In this document: positions 50,770 through 64,000 of the stretch, piece after piece
Layout of the letters: the number at the start of each line of letters is the position of its first letter
Position numbering within the stretch: position 1 is the first letter of the stretch
The notes under the pieces: generated by a model
Database searches by the model: none
Seen by the model: the letters and a program-made list of their open reading frames with translations, nothing else
Told to the model about the DNA's origin: nothing
Source: Octopus sinensis
Taxonomy: Eukaryota
DNA: 64,000 nucleotides
Assembly (NCBI RefSeq): GCF_006345805.1
Contig: NC_043014.1
Span: forward strand, 52,948,001-53,012,000
Direction: 5' to 3'
Program-made: the position numbers and the translations under genes

Positions 50770-51310
50770 GAAGGTAATTGGGGAGACCCCTTAGGTTACA
50801 CAAAGCAACAGTGAAGGATGCTGCACTGGAAACATCGTTGCCAGAATAAGAAGCAGCCTAGCAAAGTTCAGCAAACTTTGACCTTTGTTGGTAAGAAAGG
50901 GTCTCCCCCTCAGAGTGAAAGGCAAATTCTATAATGCCTGTGTAGAGGCAGCTACATGGTAGTGAAACATGCACTGTGACTACAGAGGACATGCAGAGCC
51001 TGCATGGTCCACTGCATGATGTGCAATGTCAGGGTGCATGTACGACAGAGTGTCAGTGTTTTTAGAGAAGAATTGGATGATGAGCATCACATGTAGTGTG
51101 CAGCTGTATGGTGATGTAGATATGAATGAGGACAGCTGCATGAAGAGTGGCAATCTGTGAATGTGGAGAGAAGAATGTAGAAGAGAAAGAGGAAGCAAAA
51201 TGTGGGACAAAGTGTCTGACATTGAACCACACAAAAAAGAGATGACCAAGAACCAAGATAATTGGCAATTTGCTGTGCTTGAGGAAAGCTGTGCAGTAAA
51301 ATGGGGGCCA
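50770..51310 (+). mobile_element. Degenerate RTE-LINE RT C-terminal region
   Basis: Translates in pieces to IVARIRSSLAKF..LLVRKGLPLRVKGKFYNACV..MCNVRVHVRQSVSV..; multiple frameshifts. Confidence 0.8.
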
Positions 51311-53520
51311 TAAAGGCATGCCCTTTACAGCCATGCACCCCTACCCACAAATTCAACCTGTCCCCTATCCCTTCCCCCTTAACCATGCCCATCACCTGCT
51401 GCATGCCCCTCCACTCTCCCTAACATGCACACTCACACTCCATCTCCTCACATATCTAACACAGCTACCCCACCCCCATCCACTCCAGTATCTCTCCCCA
51501 TCACCTCTCTTCCCCATTTCTAAACATCTCCCCTCACACTCTTATCTCATATTCCCCTCTCACCCATCTCTAACACTTATATTCACTCCCACTCTACCTT
51601 ATCACTATGTCACCCCACCACCATCTATTTCTCTCTCTCTCTCTCTCACTGTTTGTCCCTCTATCTCACCTTCCTTTTCTTTCTTTTCCCATAGGGGACC
51701 CAATTAACTCCTCTACAGTAAAACACCCATCTCGATCCCTCTATTACATCTTAACCTCACAACTAGCACAGAGCCACCTCCCGCAACACAACTCCCCTTA
51801 CCAGCTGAGGGGGTCTTCATCTCACAAGTTACTTGGCAACCCCACTGGTGCCGGTGCCACATAAAAAGCACCAAGTAAAATGGTGGCACCAGGAAGATCC
51901 TCCGGCTGTCGAGAGAGCAAGCCAAGGCAGAGAACTGGAGCCTGGTGCAGTTCTCTGGCCTTGCCAACTCCTATAAAACCGTCCAACCCATGCCAGCATG
52001 GGAAATAGACATTGACTGACGATGGCAATAAAATATACGCACACATAATGTAATCATGTGTGCATCTATATACACACACATAACACACATATACATGTGT
52101 ATATATGTGTGTGTGTGTATATACATACACACACATTAGCTATGTGTGGTTATGTGTATGTATACATGTATACACACACAACTAATGAAGAAACAACCAA
52201 TTGATTAACGAAAACAAAAGCATGTGCTGTGAACTAATTAATGATTCATTAAACAACAACACTAACTGCATCCACAACAACAACAACAACAACAACAACA
52301 CTGATGGCAAAACTACAAACATTAAATAAAAGGCAACCAGTGGGGGGGGGACCAAAATATTCAACTGGACAATAAAGAAAAACAAAAATCAAATTAGAAA
52401 ACAAAAGACTAAGCAAGTAAATAGGAGATGTGTTGTTAAGATTATATTTTCTCGGACTATAGAACCGTATCCTGAGAGAAATAAAAGGACTGGGAGTATT
52501 TTTGAATCTACATTAGTGGCAAGGAGTTTACATGCCCACCTGATTAGTGTAGGTGCCATGATAAAATAGAGTGGGTACTCTGTGTAAAGTGGTTGGTTGA
52601 GTGATGAATGAGTGGAGGGTGAAGAAGACCTTTTGGTCATGCCTGAGATTTGACAATCAGGTAATTGACCATTTGTTGATGGTTCAATAAATTGCTCTCA
52701 ATAAACTTTGAAATGGTTAGTGTTAAGAGAAGCATCCAGGCATTGAAACCATTCTGAAAAAAAAGAAACTATTTAAGAAAACGGAATGTATGAATAAGAC
52801 GTGGTTCTCCAGAACCTCCTTCTCTGAAGTCAGGTAATTCAGAAAAAGAACTGACTCACACTATGATAATCTATTCAACTCATACCAGGCTTTAAAATGG
52901 CTTCAGTATGACAATGATGATGATTTTCACTAGGTTTCAATTAGTTTGATATTCAGTCATCATCAGGTGCTCTATTCCTGGATTTCAACATAGTCTTACC
53001 TGGATTTAAAAACTGAAGAGGTAATAATGATTGAATCACACCTGATCACTGAAGCATGTACAGAATTGTTTTGGCCATTATTTTGGAATTAAAAGCACCT
53101 GGTTCAAATCCATCCTCATCTTGTGTATACAACCATGCAGGAGGAGCAAGGCCCCTGATGAGGACTGAGAGCTGAACCAGAATATAAGTCAGTATTTTAT
53201 TGGGAATTCATTTCAGTGAATCCTGGGTTGCATGGAGGGCAAAGTCAGCCGCAACAGGGTTTGATCTCAGAATGGAAAGGTATTTTGCTGCAGGCACTAA
53301 TGAGTTCTTGCCAATCCAATGCACATTTTGTAAAAGAGATAAAAGGAAGGAAAAACCCTTTTTATCTCTAAAGATAAACTTGGTTAAGAGTCCGGAAAAA
53401 TTCTAATCTGGAAAAAAATAACAATCACAAATTGTGGGATGGATAGGTTGGAATGGGGAGTAATTCTAAGACAGCAGGCATCACAAAATGGTAACAGTGC
53501 AACAAAACTGAAAGAAGGCT

Positions 53521-53592
53521 TTATATATATGCATATATACACATTATATGCATATGTGTGTGTGTATATATATATATACACACACACACACA

Positions 53593-53654
<62 letters not shown>

Positions 53655-53734
53655 CACATACATATGCATATATATATATACATGTACACACATATGCATA
53701 TATATATATACACACATTATATATATATAAGAGC

Positions 53735-53779
<45 letters not shown>

Positions 53780-53895
53780 TATAATATATATAAATATATA
53801 TATAATATATAAATATATATAAATATATATAAATATATATATATATATAAATATATATAATATATATATATATATGTATGTATGTATGTATATGT
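53521..53895. repeat. Long compound (TA)n/(CA)n microsatellite, about 375 bp
   Basis: Directly visible; it generates the spurious poly-YI ORFs. Confidence 0.97.
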
Positions 53896-54119
53896 AAACA
53901 TTGAAAACACATTGAGAAATGCCATCCAAGCAAGAAACTTGTGGCAACATACCTGATCCAATCATTGCAGTCCATTTGGAGGGACTCAGGGGCAAAAAAG
54001 TGAAAATAGAACAGTAAAAAAGATACAAAATAAGTTCCAAGTAGAAAAAATTGACTGGAAAATGTTGTTGAAAGTATTTTGTTTGAATGGGTGGATGGGA
54101 GTCTGTTTTAGTAGGGGTT

Positions 54120-54162
<43 letters not shown>

Positions 54163-55070
54163 TTAGAGGGAGATAGGGGATTTAGAAACCAGCTAAGGGA
54201 TAATAAGTATCCAATATACTACTGGATGTGTACGCAATTATTTATAGTGAAGTGCTTGTTATTGCATGGCAATATCACACCTGAGTATTAGGTAGGGGTG
54301 GGGGTAAGTTACCCAGGATTTATATGGCAAATAAGAAAATGGAGAGGATATAGAATGGACAAGCATCAGTGAGTAAATATACAATTAGGTCTGTTTATTA
54401 AATGATTACACACACATGAGTGATACAAATTAATGAATGGAAAAAGTGAATAACTATTTAAACAATTATATATATACATATATATATAGAATCAAATGAA
54501 TAATAAGAGATGGGTGTACAGGTACTATATACTCATCTATTATTATTCATTTGTTTCTATATTTTTATGTGCAGGTATATATATATATATATATATGTTT
54601 ATGCAGTTATTAACCTTTTCCATTTGTATCACTCATACAGGTGTGTGCAATCATTTAATAAATAGACATAATTGTATATCCTCTCCATTTTCTTATTTGA
54701 TTGATTGATTGATTGATTGATTGAGAGAGAGGGGGAGAGAGTTGGGGGGAGTCATGGCAGGTAAGTTTGATAGACAGACAAAAATTTGATAAACAAATAG
54801 AAAACAGACAGACAGATATATAAATAATGTTTATATGTAGGTCTGAATTTGCAATTACAGCTGAAGAATGCAAATTATTTATTGTAGAAGTGAGATTCCT
54901 GCAGGTTACCATTCTTCAAGTTTGCAATAATCTAATCACAGACTTCAGATTAGTGACAGAAAGTGTTGCCAGCAATCTCAACTCACAGCATTAAGAAGAA
55001 ATAAAATGTGTGCAAATGTTTGAAAATATGTGTGTGCACGTGTGTGTGTGTGTGTGTGATAAGGTTATTA

Positions 55071-55899
55071 TTGGGTCATCCCATAAATAATGCAGATTTT
55101 TAATACTTCCTTTATTTTTCAAAAGTCTTTTTTAATCTAAAATATACTCCTCTTCATTTTCTACAATGCTCTTCCATCTATCTGGTAGACTTGCAAAGGC
55201 CCCTCTTCCAAAATTCACTTGTCCGTGACGAAAAATACCCCTCCAATATTGTTTTGACCTTGTCTACTTAATTCATATTTTTTCCGTCCGAATGATTTTG
55301 AAGACTGTGGAATAAATGATAATCAGATGGGGAAATGTCTGGTGGGCCAAAAATGATTCATTCATGAGATGTGACAGCAAAGAAGAGCATACATTCACTT
55401 TTTGTGTGCGATTAGAATGAGAAAGTTTGTGAGGAACCCACTGACCCAATTTGCTTCTCTGCTAGTTCCTCAACAGTTACAGTGGGATCTTGTTCCACCA
55501 GGGTTTGCAGGATGTCCTCATCGAGCTCTCCAGATCTTCCAGGCTTGCTTTCTTGGCTGTAGTTTCTGACACAGAATTTCTGGAACCACTGTTGACACTG
55601 GCTTACACTTATCATCCGACCCCCATATACTGCATTAATATTCCTCACACTTTCTGTTGCGTTGTTGCCTTTATTGAACTCATAAAGCAAAATATGCTCC
55701 TTTGTCACTTCCATTATAGCTTTGACAAAATAACTTAAAATTGAACTGCACTCTTCAAAACTTGCACTAAGAATAGGACCAAACTTAAAATTTCTACCTG
55801 CTTTTATAACAAGTTGATGCAGGTAGTTTATCCTGTCCCCCACAGACTTAATTCATTCAATAGGAAGAAAAACCCCACATTATTTATGGGATGACCCTA
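55071..55899 (-). mobile_element. Internally deleted mariner (DD34D-type) transposon
   Basis: TIRs share a perfect 20-bp core GGGTCATCCCATAAATAATG (55073-55092 / 55878-55897), with TA at the left end. The N-terminal HTH is MEVTKEHILLYEFNKGNNATESVRNINAVYG..QWFQKF (ATG 55714). The C-terminus is PDISPSDYHLFHSLQNH..SLPDRWKSIVENEEEYILD*. The catalytic middle is deleted. Confidence 0.92.
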
Positions 55900-57560
55900 T
55901 GGAGACACTAAATGCTGAAAGTCAAATCAAATTTATCATAAAATGCATTCTCACTGGGACGAAAATTTATTTACAGCTTCTCCATCAAAAAGGTTGACTT
56001 ATCTCACAGAGTGACAAAGCTCCAGTCAAAAGGAACATTATAAGACATATGTGTGCATGAACAAATATATCTATACACACACACACCACACATACCACAC
56101 AGAGTGTATGCAGATATTTAACATGTAGAGCATCTGAGCATTATATAAAGTAATCTCATTGAGTGTATGTATGGAGACATACAGATTGGAAGATTTACAG
56201 ATAAATAATAAAAATGCAGAGAGTGAGAGAAAGCAATATATTTTGCAAATTCTTCAGTTAATTGTTGTTTCCTCAAAGCTCAATGATTTATTTATATCTA
56301 AATGTGAATAAATTAAGCAATATGATAATCGTTAGCATTTTTTATGTAATGTTGTGACCTAGACCCAGATCAGCACTGAATGCAAAGACCTTCTAAAGGG
56401 GACCGAGGTCTGCACTGGCCAACAGAAACTTACCCAGTTTTTCTGGGTTTATTCTTTTAATATTTTAAAGATGGTCTGATGTGATTCAAGGAAGATTTTT
56501 TTCTTTTTTTTCAAGCAGGTCAAGTGGCTATCCAGAGACTAAGTCTATCTAAGTATGTTTCAACAGCTGCTGCACACACTGCAGGGGCCAGGTAGCATGG
56601 TGGTGGTGGAGGTTGTAGAGAACAAAACCAGACAAACACACACAATGCTCTCAAGTTGATTTGTTGCTGTTATTTATGACTGTGACTTATACACAAGTTG
56701 TGGCTGTTTGCTGTTTGACCACAGGTCAGCACTCACTCATTAGATTTATGATCAAAAGTAGTCCAGCCATGACCACACCACATCATCTAATATGTCATTT
56801 GCCATGTTAAGATAGGGTGTGATTTGAGGGAGAGCTTTGGCTACCATTTCTGTGCCAAAGCTGCTCAAGTTTAACAGTAAGAATCTTTCTCTCTTGGAAT
56901 TAGGTTATTAAATTCTATTTCCCTTTAAGAATTTTGCTTCTAAACCATGTGATTTTGGGGCTCAGTCCCTCTGCACAGCACCCTGGGTATGATGGCCACC
57001 AGGTTGACCAATAACTCGGGAGTGGATTTGGTAGACAAGAGTTGAAACCATCAAAGAACAACAGGAAAGAAATGTCTTTGGTTTAGTTTATTTTCTTTCA
57101 GATTTCTATTTGGTCCCAAGAAAAGATAATTTCAGTATTTAGGGATTTCAGTTCATTATGAATAGGAAACAGCTAAAAAGCTTACTGTAAATGGTGGCTA
57201 AACACACATACAATAATGAGTGTCAGCTCAATAAGATCTCTCATTAAATCAAGCCATTATTACTTTCCCTCTCCACACGTGTGTTTGTTAGTGTTTAAGC
57301 TCGGCCAAACTGGTTAACCCTCCATCCATTCACAGATTTGGAAATCTGCTTATCTTTAGCCCTCTCCCCTTCACCACCCCTCTTTATCTGTTTATAGAAG
57401 CTCATCACTGAATCTATTTAACCATTTACCCGGGTATTCAGGCGATTGTCTGTCTGGATGTTTATTTTGTCTATTAATCTATCAAGTTGGTTGTCGCTTT
57501 TGTTTACCCGGCTGTCAGTCGGTGCCTATTTGTGGCACTTCCCATTAATCCATCAGAGTG

Positions 57561-57602
<42 letters not shown>

Positions 57603-59399
57603 TATAACCCCCCCCCCCTTACAAGTGTGTAACGCTTGGTATCACCATGCACCAAAGTGTGTTTGGTTAATGCCTTTTAGGGGTTCACTCCCTCACAAGC
57701 AAAGACACCGTCATTGACCCAGTGAAATGTCTAAGACATAATAACTGAAAGGAGAAAAAGATTAAATTCCAGGACTCGACGGGTGATTGATTTTATTGAT
57801 CCGGAAGGATAAAACACCAAGTTGGCTATGATGGGATTTGAACTTAGAACAAAAAGGGCCAGACCAAATACGGCAAAGTATATTGTCTGATGATTCCACC
57901 AATTCCCAGCTATTCCCTTCCCACTCATCTCTGCTCCTCCCTTACTCTTGCTGAATCCATCACCCCCTCCCTACCTCCGATTTCTTCTTCACAGAATGCC
58001 GTTCCACCACTGCCCATCCCCACAAAATATCAAGACAAACATCGACCACATCAATCTCATCCTACAAAGGGTGTGGGTGCTACCCCTACCTCCAGACCCA
58101 GCAAAAGAAAAAGGGGGTCAATGATAGACAATGAGTGCAACAGAGAGAGCCAAATATTATCCATGGGGAAGTAAATGTATCGAATAGACTCATGAAGCCC
58201 CTTAAATACCAAACTACTGGAGACTGTCTCTGGTTTTATGATTCAAAACAACAGGTTTTTAATTAATTGAATAAAGGAATATGTCCTCTTTTATGGCTGA
58301 GGGGTACAGATCCTCAAACACAACCGTTATTCTTTGTTACTCTGGTTGAGTACTGCAGCCTTACCCCTCCCCACCCCCAGGGTTCTCCTTTGTCTTCCCC
58401 CTCCATATTCTTCTACTTCTATTTTCTGTACACCAAGCCCCGGCCCCACCCATGATGTGGATACAGAGCTTCTGGGTCGTCCTGATTATTTGACCAAAAT
58501 ATTGCAGTTTACGCTGTCTGACCATCACCAACTTTCATTCTATTCCCATTTCCTCCAAGACTAAATTATTCAATCCACAACATCTGCCAATATTACATGA
58601 AAGTGTCCCTATTTAAATTGGACCCTTTATGAAAACTCTATGCAAGCTATTTTTCGTAGTTGCTTTTTTAAAAGACACCAAACATCAATTTACTTTGGAT
58701 TATATCAATAACCCTTTTTTTTTTTTTTTACAAATTTTGGCACAAGGCCAGTAATTTTAGGGTAAGAGTAGTCAATTTCATCGACCTCCACCCCACTAAT
58801 ACTTGACTGATACTTTCAGTGACCCTGAAAGGATAAAGAACAAAATTGACCTTGGCAAGAAATGAACTCCGAATAAAGACTCAAAAGAAATGCCAATAAG
58901 CATTTTGTCTGGCAACGCTAACGATTCTAATGAGAATCACTCATTACACTCAAAAGCCCTCAGAATGACTTCATTTTCAAATTGAACCCTTGATTCTAAT
59001 CTGCCTAAAATTCCACTGCAATTGTAAAATACCGATTTCCTGTTATAAAATGATCGAACTTAAAACCTTCCATCAAACTTTCATTTGGAATTTTGTTCCA
59101 GTTTAAAAAACGGACAAAGTAATTATACTAAATTCTTCACCGTGTACCAAGAGCCAATGGTACCAACTGAAATCTGGCACTGAAAGGATTGACTTCAGCA
59201 CATTTTCGTTGGTATTTGGTTAGAAATACCAAATGGTTTCACCATGTTCAGAAAGTCTTGATAACAAGAGACTTTTTTCTTTTATTCAATGTTTCAATTA
59301 CAATTTGAAAGATGGTAATAAATAATTAACAAGTTCTGGTTTCTTGTTTAGCAAAACGACAGATCTATAGGAAAAACAACAATAACAAAAATCAATCGA

Positions 59400-59413
59400 G
59401 TTTCCTTGGTAAC
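59400..59413. promoter_or_regulatory. Candidate RFX X-box
   Basis: GTTTCCTTGGTAAC is a near-palindromic match to GTNRCC(N0-3)RGYAAC in unique sequence. Confidence 0.25.
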
Positions 59414-59759
59414 AGACAAGTATCTTGGTCATCGACCTGTTTGGCCAACGCTTGTAAGTACTTGTGTCCACCATCATCTTTGTTGGGGGGGGGGGGGACA
59501 ACACTGACTTCATTCAATGACAGCAAAAGAAGTCAGAGAGAGAAAGCGAGTCGGAATTGGTGTTTGTATGGTGAAGGTTAAACCATAAATGTTGGTTTGT
59601 TCTTCAAACTATTGTTTTAGATTTGCAAAAATAGTAAAATTGTATTCATAAACAGAATAGAAAGCATGAGCATGAGAGAATGTGTGTGGATGTGTGTGTG
59701 TGTGTGTAAGCATGGATATTTATATGTTTATAACCACATATACATCCATATATATAGAC

Positions 59760-60060
59760 AAGAGCATGGTGTCTTCTAGTATAGCCCCAGGGCTGACCAA
59801 AGCCTTGTCAGTAGAGTTGGTGGATGAAAACTGAAAGAAGCCTGTAATGTGTGCATGCATCTTTGGGTTTGTACCCGATCACCACTTGACAACTGGTGTT
59901 GGTTTGTTTATGCCCTTGTAACTTAGTGCTTTTCTAAAAGGAGACTGATAGAATAAATACCAGCCTTAGGAAAAAGAGGCACTGGGGTCAATTTATTCAG
60001 CTACATTGTTAATGGCAGTGCCCCAGCATGGCCACAGCCTAATGGCTGAAACAAGTAGGA
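59760..60060 (+). mobile_element. SINE family 3 (CORE-like), 5'-truncated
   Basis: gtgtcttctagtatagcccc..gaccaaagccttg..aaactgaaagaagcctg..gtgccccagcatggccacagcctaatggctgaaacaag. Confidence 0.8.
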
Positions 60061-60612
60061 AAAAGAAACACACACACACACCTATGCAAAGTTTGTCCTC
60101 ATTTAACATCCAAGTTGGCCTGGATTGGACAGTTTGACAGGATTTGAAGAGTCAGATGACGTCATGCTCCAATGCCTGATTTGGCATGGTCTGCGCAGCT
60201 GGATGTCTTTGCTAATTAATGCCAACTGGTCGCTGCTCGTTTTAGGGTGCAAGTACTCAGGAGATCTTCAAAACTAAAGAACCTCCACAACTGAATGGAA
60301 CAATAGTAGAGACGGGGGTGGGGGGAGCTTTATGTCAGGTATTGAGAGGTTGAAGCTATGAAGGAAGGAGCAGGAAAAGCTTCCTTGCTGCAACAGGAAA
60401 GTCTGCTATTAAAATGAATTATCTTTTACATTATCTTTTGCAAATCTCTCTTTCTCTCTCTCTTGCCCAAATGAAATTCCTTACACATTTGCATACACTC
60501 TCCTTTTCTCTCTCATACACACACAGAGCAAAAGTGATATACATTTACAGAGAGTGAGAGAGTGTGTTGTAAATATAGATGGGGAAAGTTTAAACTGAGA
60601 AAAGCAAAAACT

Positions 60613-60615
<3 letters not shown>

Positions 60616-60708
<93 letters not shown>

Positions 60709-60716
60709 AAGAGAGA
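60616..60716. repeat. (AG)n microsatellite
   Basis: Directly visible. Confidence 0.97.
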
Positions 60717-61067
60717 TCTTTTCTGTTGCTGAAAATTTTCAAATTTAGTATATTGATGTACTTTTTCATGCTGAATCCAATTTTGTTTTTTTTTATTCCA
60801 GAAAAATTTTAGAAAAATGTTACAGAGGTCTAAAGTTTGATCATTTTTATCCAATCAGAAAACAGGATTTGGAGGCTAGCATTTTGTGTATAATAGCTAT
60901 GTACTGTAGAATGAAAGTAAATATTACAATATGAAATTTTAATCCAAATGAAAGCAATGCTTGTGCAAAAGTCTCATCTATTACACAATGCAGCAACTGC
61001 GTTAAAGAACGAACCGACTTTATCCTTAATTGAAAACATAAGCTTCCTTTCAAGCATTGGGCCTCAC

Positions 61068-61345
61068 GGGGGCAATGACCGAGACCTTTGGCATTATGTC
61101 ATGCATAAAGGCCCATCAAGCTGAGCAAAATCACAGTTGTAGCAGATACCAGTGTCACGCCGGTGGCACATAAAAGCACCTGTTACACTCTGTAAAGTGG
61201 TTGGCATTAGGAAGGGCATCTAGCTGTATGAAACCATGCCAAATCCAACTGGAGCCTGGTGCAGCTTTCCAGCTTACCAGCCCCGGTCAAACTGTCCAAC
61301 CCATGCCAGCATGGACAACGGATGTTAAAGGATGATGATGATGAA
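61068..61345 (+). mobile_element. 5'-truncated RTE LINE 3' end (ORF end + short UTR + (GAT)n)
   Basis: gggcctcacgggggcaatgaccgagacctttggcattatg resembles GLTEAMT..DLW.Y, followed by about one UTR unit and the conserved tail. Confidence 0.8.
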
Positions 61346-62633
61346 ATTATGCCACACATTCTTTAGGCACAAAACGAAAGGGCCTTCCCCAATAATTCCT
61401 TAGCCTATCCCCTTGCATTCCCCCTAATTTCTTCTATGTATTTAGAAAATTTCATTCTTTGAGCTATTTCCTTAACTTTCTGATCCTTTTATGTTTTCTC
61501 TTTTGCAAGGAGAGCATGAGTATGTACATACTTGTGTTAATGCTACAGGTGTGAAGTGAATGTGTGTAGGTCAGCCAAGTCACCAGCAAATAGAAACCAT
61601 CTTAAGAAACAAAAGATTGCAGTGGATGGCCATGGTAAGAATGCCTCTGATCATGGATTTGCTCAAAGTTGATTTCACACTACACAACAGCGGCAACACT
61701 AGATTAGCCCCAGGTTAACCCTGACCACGAAGGCTTCTGATCAAAGGTGTCCTAGCACAAGACCATCCCTTCGTTTTCTTAATTCACTCGGCCTAGGCCC
61801 AAAAGTGTCAGGCAGTGGCACTGAACCTGAAGCCACAAAGCTCTGAAGCAAACTTACAATCCCCACACAACCAGCCTGCAACTATTTTCAGTTTTTGGAA
61901 ATATTTTGATAAATTGCTAAATGAAATCAGTGTAAACACACTTTGGTAAACAAACCACTACTACTACTACTATTATTGTTGTTGTAAATCAGTCAAAATA
62001 CCCGTGTACACAACTGCTACTCTGTGAGTATGTGTGCTCCAGCATGGCCACAGTCAAATGACTGAAACAAGAAACACACACACACACACACAAAGTGGTA
62101 CTCAACACATTTGGTAGCAGTTATATTATTTAATAGTAAAAGTTTGACTCGGCACCTTATGACTTGTAGGAGTGTACAAGGAGGCCATCTCACCCGATAT
62201 CTGCTGAGGTGGGTTTGTCCTATACACCCACAAATTTAAAGTCATGTGGGACTGAGTCAAACTATAAACACACACACACCCACACTTTTCTTGGGAGATT
62301 GTTTTAGGTCAGTGTCAGTGTGCAGGTAAACTACTTTTCTGTGTCAGTCTAGTCTGCTTCCTATAATTTAAATCTAATTTTTGAGGTCACCAAATAAACT
62401 TAAGATATTCTTTGTTTATTCTCAATTTACAACCAGCTGACTGACGTTGTCAGCGAGTATTTTAAAGTGATTTAAGTTGTGCAGATTTACAAAAAGTGAA
62501 AGTGTTAGTCACAGATACCCTTTCACCAGAGTTCATCAACAACAACACCTGGCAGCAATGGCAAGGGTGTCAGCCAACAAATCCTGCAACACACACACAC
62601 ACACACACAACTAACACATCATGGTTCCCTTAA

Positions 62634-62853
62634 TCGCTAGGGTGTGGCACATTTTTCACACAGCTGTCCTCATCCATTCTCACCACATGACCATACCAGC
62701 GTAGTCGTCTCTCTTGCACACCACATCTGATGCTTCTTAGGTCCAACTTTTCTCTCAGGGTACTAACACTCTGTCGAGTATGCACACTGACATTACACAT
62801 CCATCGGAGCATGCTGGCTTCATTCCTTGCGACCTTACGCATGTTCTCAGCGA
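62634..62853 (-). mobile_element. Well-preserved RTE-clade LINE ORF fragment
   Basis: MRKVARNEASMLRWMCNVSVHTRQSVSTLREKLDLRSIRCGVQERRLRWYGHVVRMDEDSCVK contains the RTE-type RRLRWYGHVxRM C-terminal motif. Confidence 0.92.
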
Positions 62854-64000
62854 ATGTGTAAAATAATAGAGCAAGTTCATATTATCTGTTAAAAATAGAA
62901 GCCAAATCCATCTCAAATTAGACCCAATTATCATTTTAAAAACGGGAAGAGCAGGTTAGAATAGTGTGATCCTGGATGCATATTGCCTGATAAAAAGGTG
63001 GAGGGGTTCAAAGTGGAAAGTCTGGTCAAAAGTCTGTCATCACAGTTGACCTACGGCAAAACGACTCAGAAAAAGTGACATAAGAATTTCTATTGGAAAA
63101 ATGCTAAATGAAATCCAATTCAACCGCACCAACCCCCCAGATACTAAACACCCTCCTCCTCCTCCCTCAGTTTGGAGTCAACAAATCACAACAAATAAAC
63201 AAACATAAAACTTTTAAATAAAGAAAAAAAAACATGACCAACCACTGCCTCAGTCATGTGATAAAGGAAATATGTGAGAGATTCCAGCAGGGGGAGCTGC
63301 ATAACAACTCACATCTAGGGGATCAGTTGGAGCTGTGAGTCATGGAATGGTGTTAAGGTGCCCTGACCCCACAAGGGTCCACTTAGGCACCTTAGTACCA
63401 TTCATGTGTGTGTAGCCATTTAACCCCTCTACAACAAGAAAACTGTCCTGGTTCCTTTTCATCAGCCCTTATCTTTCTACTGTAACTCTGCTCATTTGAA
63501 AGGGAATCTTAGTCTTGTGAGCTAATATGGCAATAAAACCATACAGTCTGCAAAGTGATTGGTGTTAAGGGCATCCAACTGTAGAGACCTTTCTCAAGCA
63601 GGCATTGGACCCCATTAAACCATCTAGCCAATGCCAGCTTGGAAGATGTGTAAGAAATAATGATATTAAGAAAAAGTGTGGTACAAGGAGCCGACAAAGG
63701 ACCACACAGAAATACTATGGACATCAACATACTCAATCACTCCCTCATCAGTTACCAACCAAACATCATCACAATTTCGACACCTTCCAAGAATATGGTT
63801 CAGTTTTCGCAGTGTGAGCAACATAAGCTGCTTGAGTATAAATGAGTGGATATGTAAAATGAATGTGAACAACAGCACCTTGAGCAAGTGTCTTCTACCA
63901 CAACTTTGGTTCCATGCAAGTATTGTGCATGAAAATGGGAGGACAGAAATATGCTAAATCTACCCTTAAAAGGTTGAGTCAATCTGAGGCACAGTTTAAC

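Noticed and set aside
53000-53190. Minus-strand open stretch LIRGLAPPAWLYTQDEDGFEPG with nearby CCAG|GTAAGA donor at ~53000
   Set aside because: The open frame hits a stop before the strong donor, its own donor (GTGCTT) is poor, and no homology was recognised.
53953-53965. ATG ATT GGA TCA G|GTATGT, a fourth possible phase-1 start exon (MIGS)
   Set aside because: Only four codons with no valid YAG acceptor or other support; too likely to be chance.

Overview
Eukaryotic, AT-rich, repeat-saturated genomic DNA. The SINE and RTE-LINE families look like Octopus (coleoid cephalopod) repeats; this is inferred from recognising the families, not from a database search. No complete gene, rRNA, tRNA or CRISPR array is present, and nearly all ORF-track entries are microsatellite or repeat artefacts. 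The window appears to be the 5' intronic region of one unidentified minus-strand protein-coding gene that continues below position 1. The best exon is 42500-42799 (strong acceptor, Kozak ATG at 42713, 71 codons, phase-1 GTAAGT donor). Two more ATG-initiated mini-ORFs end in phase-1 GTAAG donors (16141-16204 and 76-133), suggesting alternative first coding exons spliced to a common downstream exon. Transposons include tRNA-derived SINEs (one intact with an 11-bp TSD), RTE-LINE remnants whose 3' UTR carries a variable ~65-bp tandem unit, a deleted maT/DD37D-like and a deleted mariner DD34D element, two Helitrons sharing a 3' hairpin-CTAG end (one keeps a Rep fragment), and TTAA-flanked piggyBac-type MITEs. 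Structure not explained by these includes a near-perfect 154-bp inverted repeat with a 647-bp spacer, a decayed ~23-bp minisatellite and a unique ~85-bp segment duplicated 2.2 kb apart. I found no convincing wholly new biological system; the alternative-first-exon architecture and the intronic dsRNA stems are the most worthwhile leads.
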